A stretch of DNA of 64,000 bases, from assembly GCA_030704615.1 (NCBI GenBank), contig CM060734.1, positions 21,824,001-21,888,000 of the forward strand, written 5' to 3'. This DNA comes from Takakia lepidozioides. Taxonomy: Eukaryota > Plantae > Bryophyta. Numbering within the stretch: position 1 is the first letter of the stretch; each line of letters begins with the position of its first letter. Made by a program: the position numbers and the translations under genes. The notes under the pieces were generated by a model. That model searched no databases, was not told where the DNA came from, and saw only the letters and a program-made list of their open reading frames with translations. Below are positions 63,301-64,000 of this stretch, piece by piece.

Positions 63301-64000
63301 AACCGTCTGCCATTAGAATTCAGTTCGTCCTCACCAAAAGGCCCAATGATATCATCCTGATGGAGATCTTTGCCCACCCGGGCATTGAAGTCACCCAATA
63401 GAACCACCTTGGCAGGAACGAAGCACAGTCCAGCTTTACATATTCGAAGGCTTTGTCTGCGTCAACACTAAGGGTCCCCTCTGTGGGCATGTATACACAA
63501 CCCACAAAGAGGTCCTTCGTATTCACGCCCTTCAGTTTCAGTTTTAGCCAGATACTATGCTCATACCTCAAACCCTTGTTGATAATTTCACAATTATCAA
63601 ACAAGAAATCGCGGACAAAGGAATCCAACCCCTTTTTGGTCGCGTTTGGCAGAGGCTGCCTTGAGAGTACACATCTTACCCGTCCACTTATACCCATTGA
63701 CATCTCCAACCAATTTATCCGGTGTTTCCCAAGTCTCTTGACCAGCACAGATATGAATGTCATTGGCCTGAAGAACTTGTCCCACTTCGAGTTGTTTCCT
63801 TTGGTTAGTCAGCCCTGAGAAATTGAAAGTGCCCAGCCGCAAGCCAGCCCTTTGCATATGAATTGTTTGTCGTCGAGGTAGCTTATGATTGCTCCTGGAC
63901 GGCCAACCGTTCTGCAAAGGGGGGACAGTTACCCCGTGTGTAGATTTTGCTCGTCTTGTGTAAACTTTGAGGATTGGTAAACCATTCAGGGTACCAAATC
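60320..64000 (-). mobile_element. APE-type LINE, probably in the XRI1 intron, with its RT segment (60566-62412) inverted
   Basis: Minus strand: GTFNFSG, AGQETW, LLGDFNARVG, IVDYI, SDHFLV. Plus strand: KAGGPDGI, QAGFR, FLDVKKAYDTV, GVAQGCTLSPLLF, FADD, YLG, EDSIHFLIHCP. 3' tail GRGVNG on minus. Confidence 0.92.

Overview
Repeat-rich nuclear DNA from a land plant, most likely a non-seed plant such as a moss or lycophyte (inferred from a PLS-DYW PPR gene, an XRI1-like exon and a Tcn1-like LTR element). Host genes: a three-exon PARG, a PLS-DYW RNA-editing factor broken by a single stop, and the terminal exon of an XRI1-like gene. The rest is nested and decayed mobile DNA: three Ty3/Gypsy elements, two MULE-like SWIM transposase copies, a PIF/Harbinger element, MITEs, an APE LINE, two RLE-type non-LTR fragments and Copia scraps. 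Most notable: (1) a Ty3/Gypsy polyprotein with a DNMT3-like cytosine methyltransferase C-terminus in frame directly upstream of RT; (2) a PPR code that spells a specific atpA-type editing site; (3) a piggyBac-like TTAA element; (4) an ~8.5-kb cargo element with palindrome arrays, a RING gene, a kinase and four fold-back hairpins; (5) a 116-bp palindromic satellite beside a possible ParB-like ORF; (6) a self-priming LTR; (7) two reconstructable inversions. All calls are by eye; no database searches were run.
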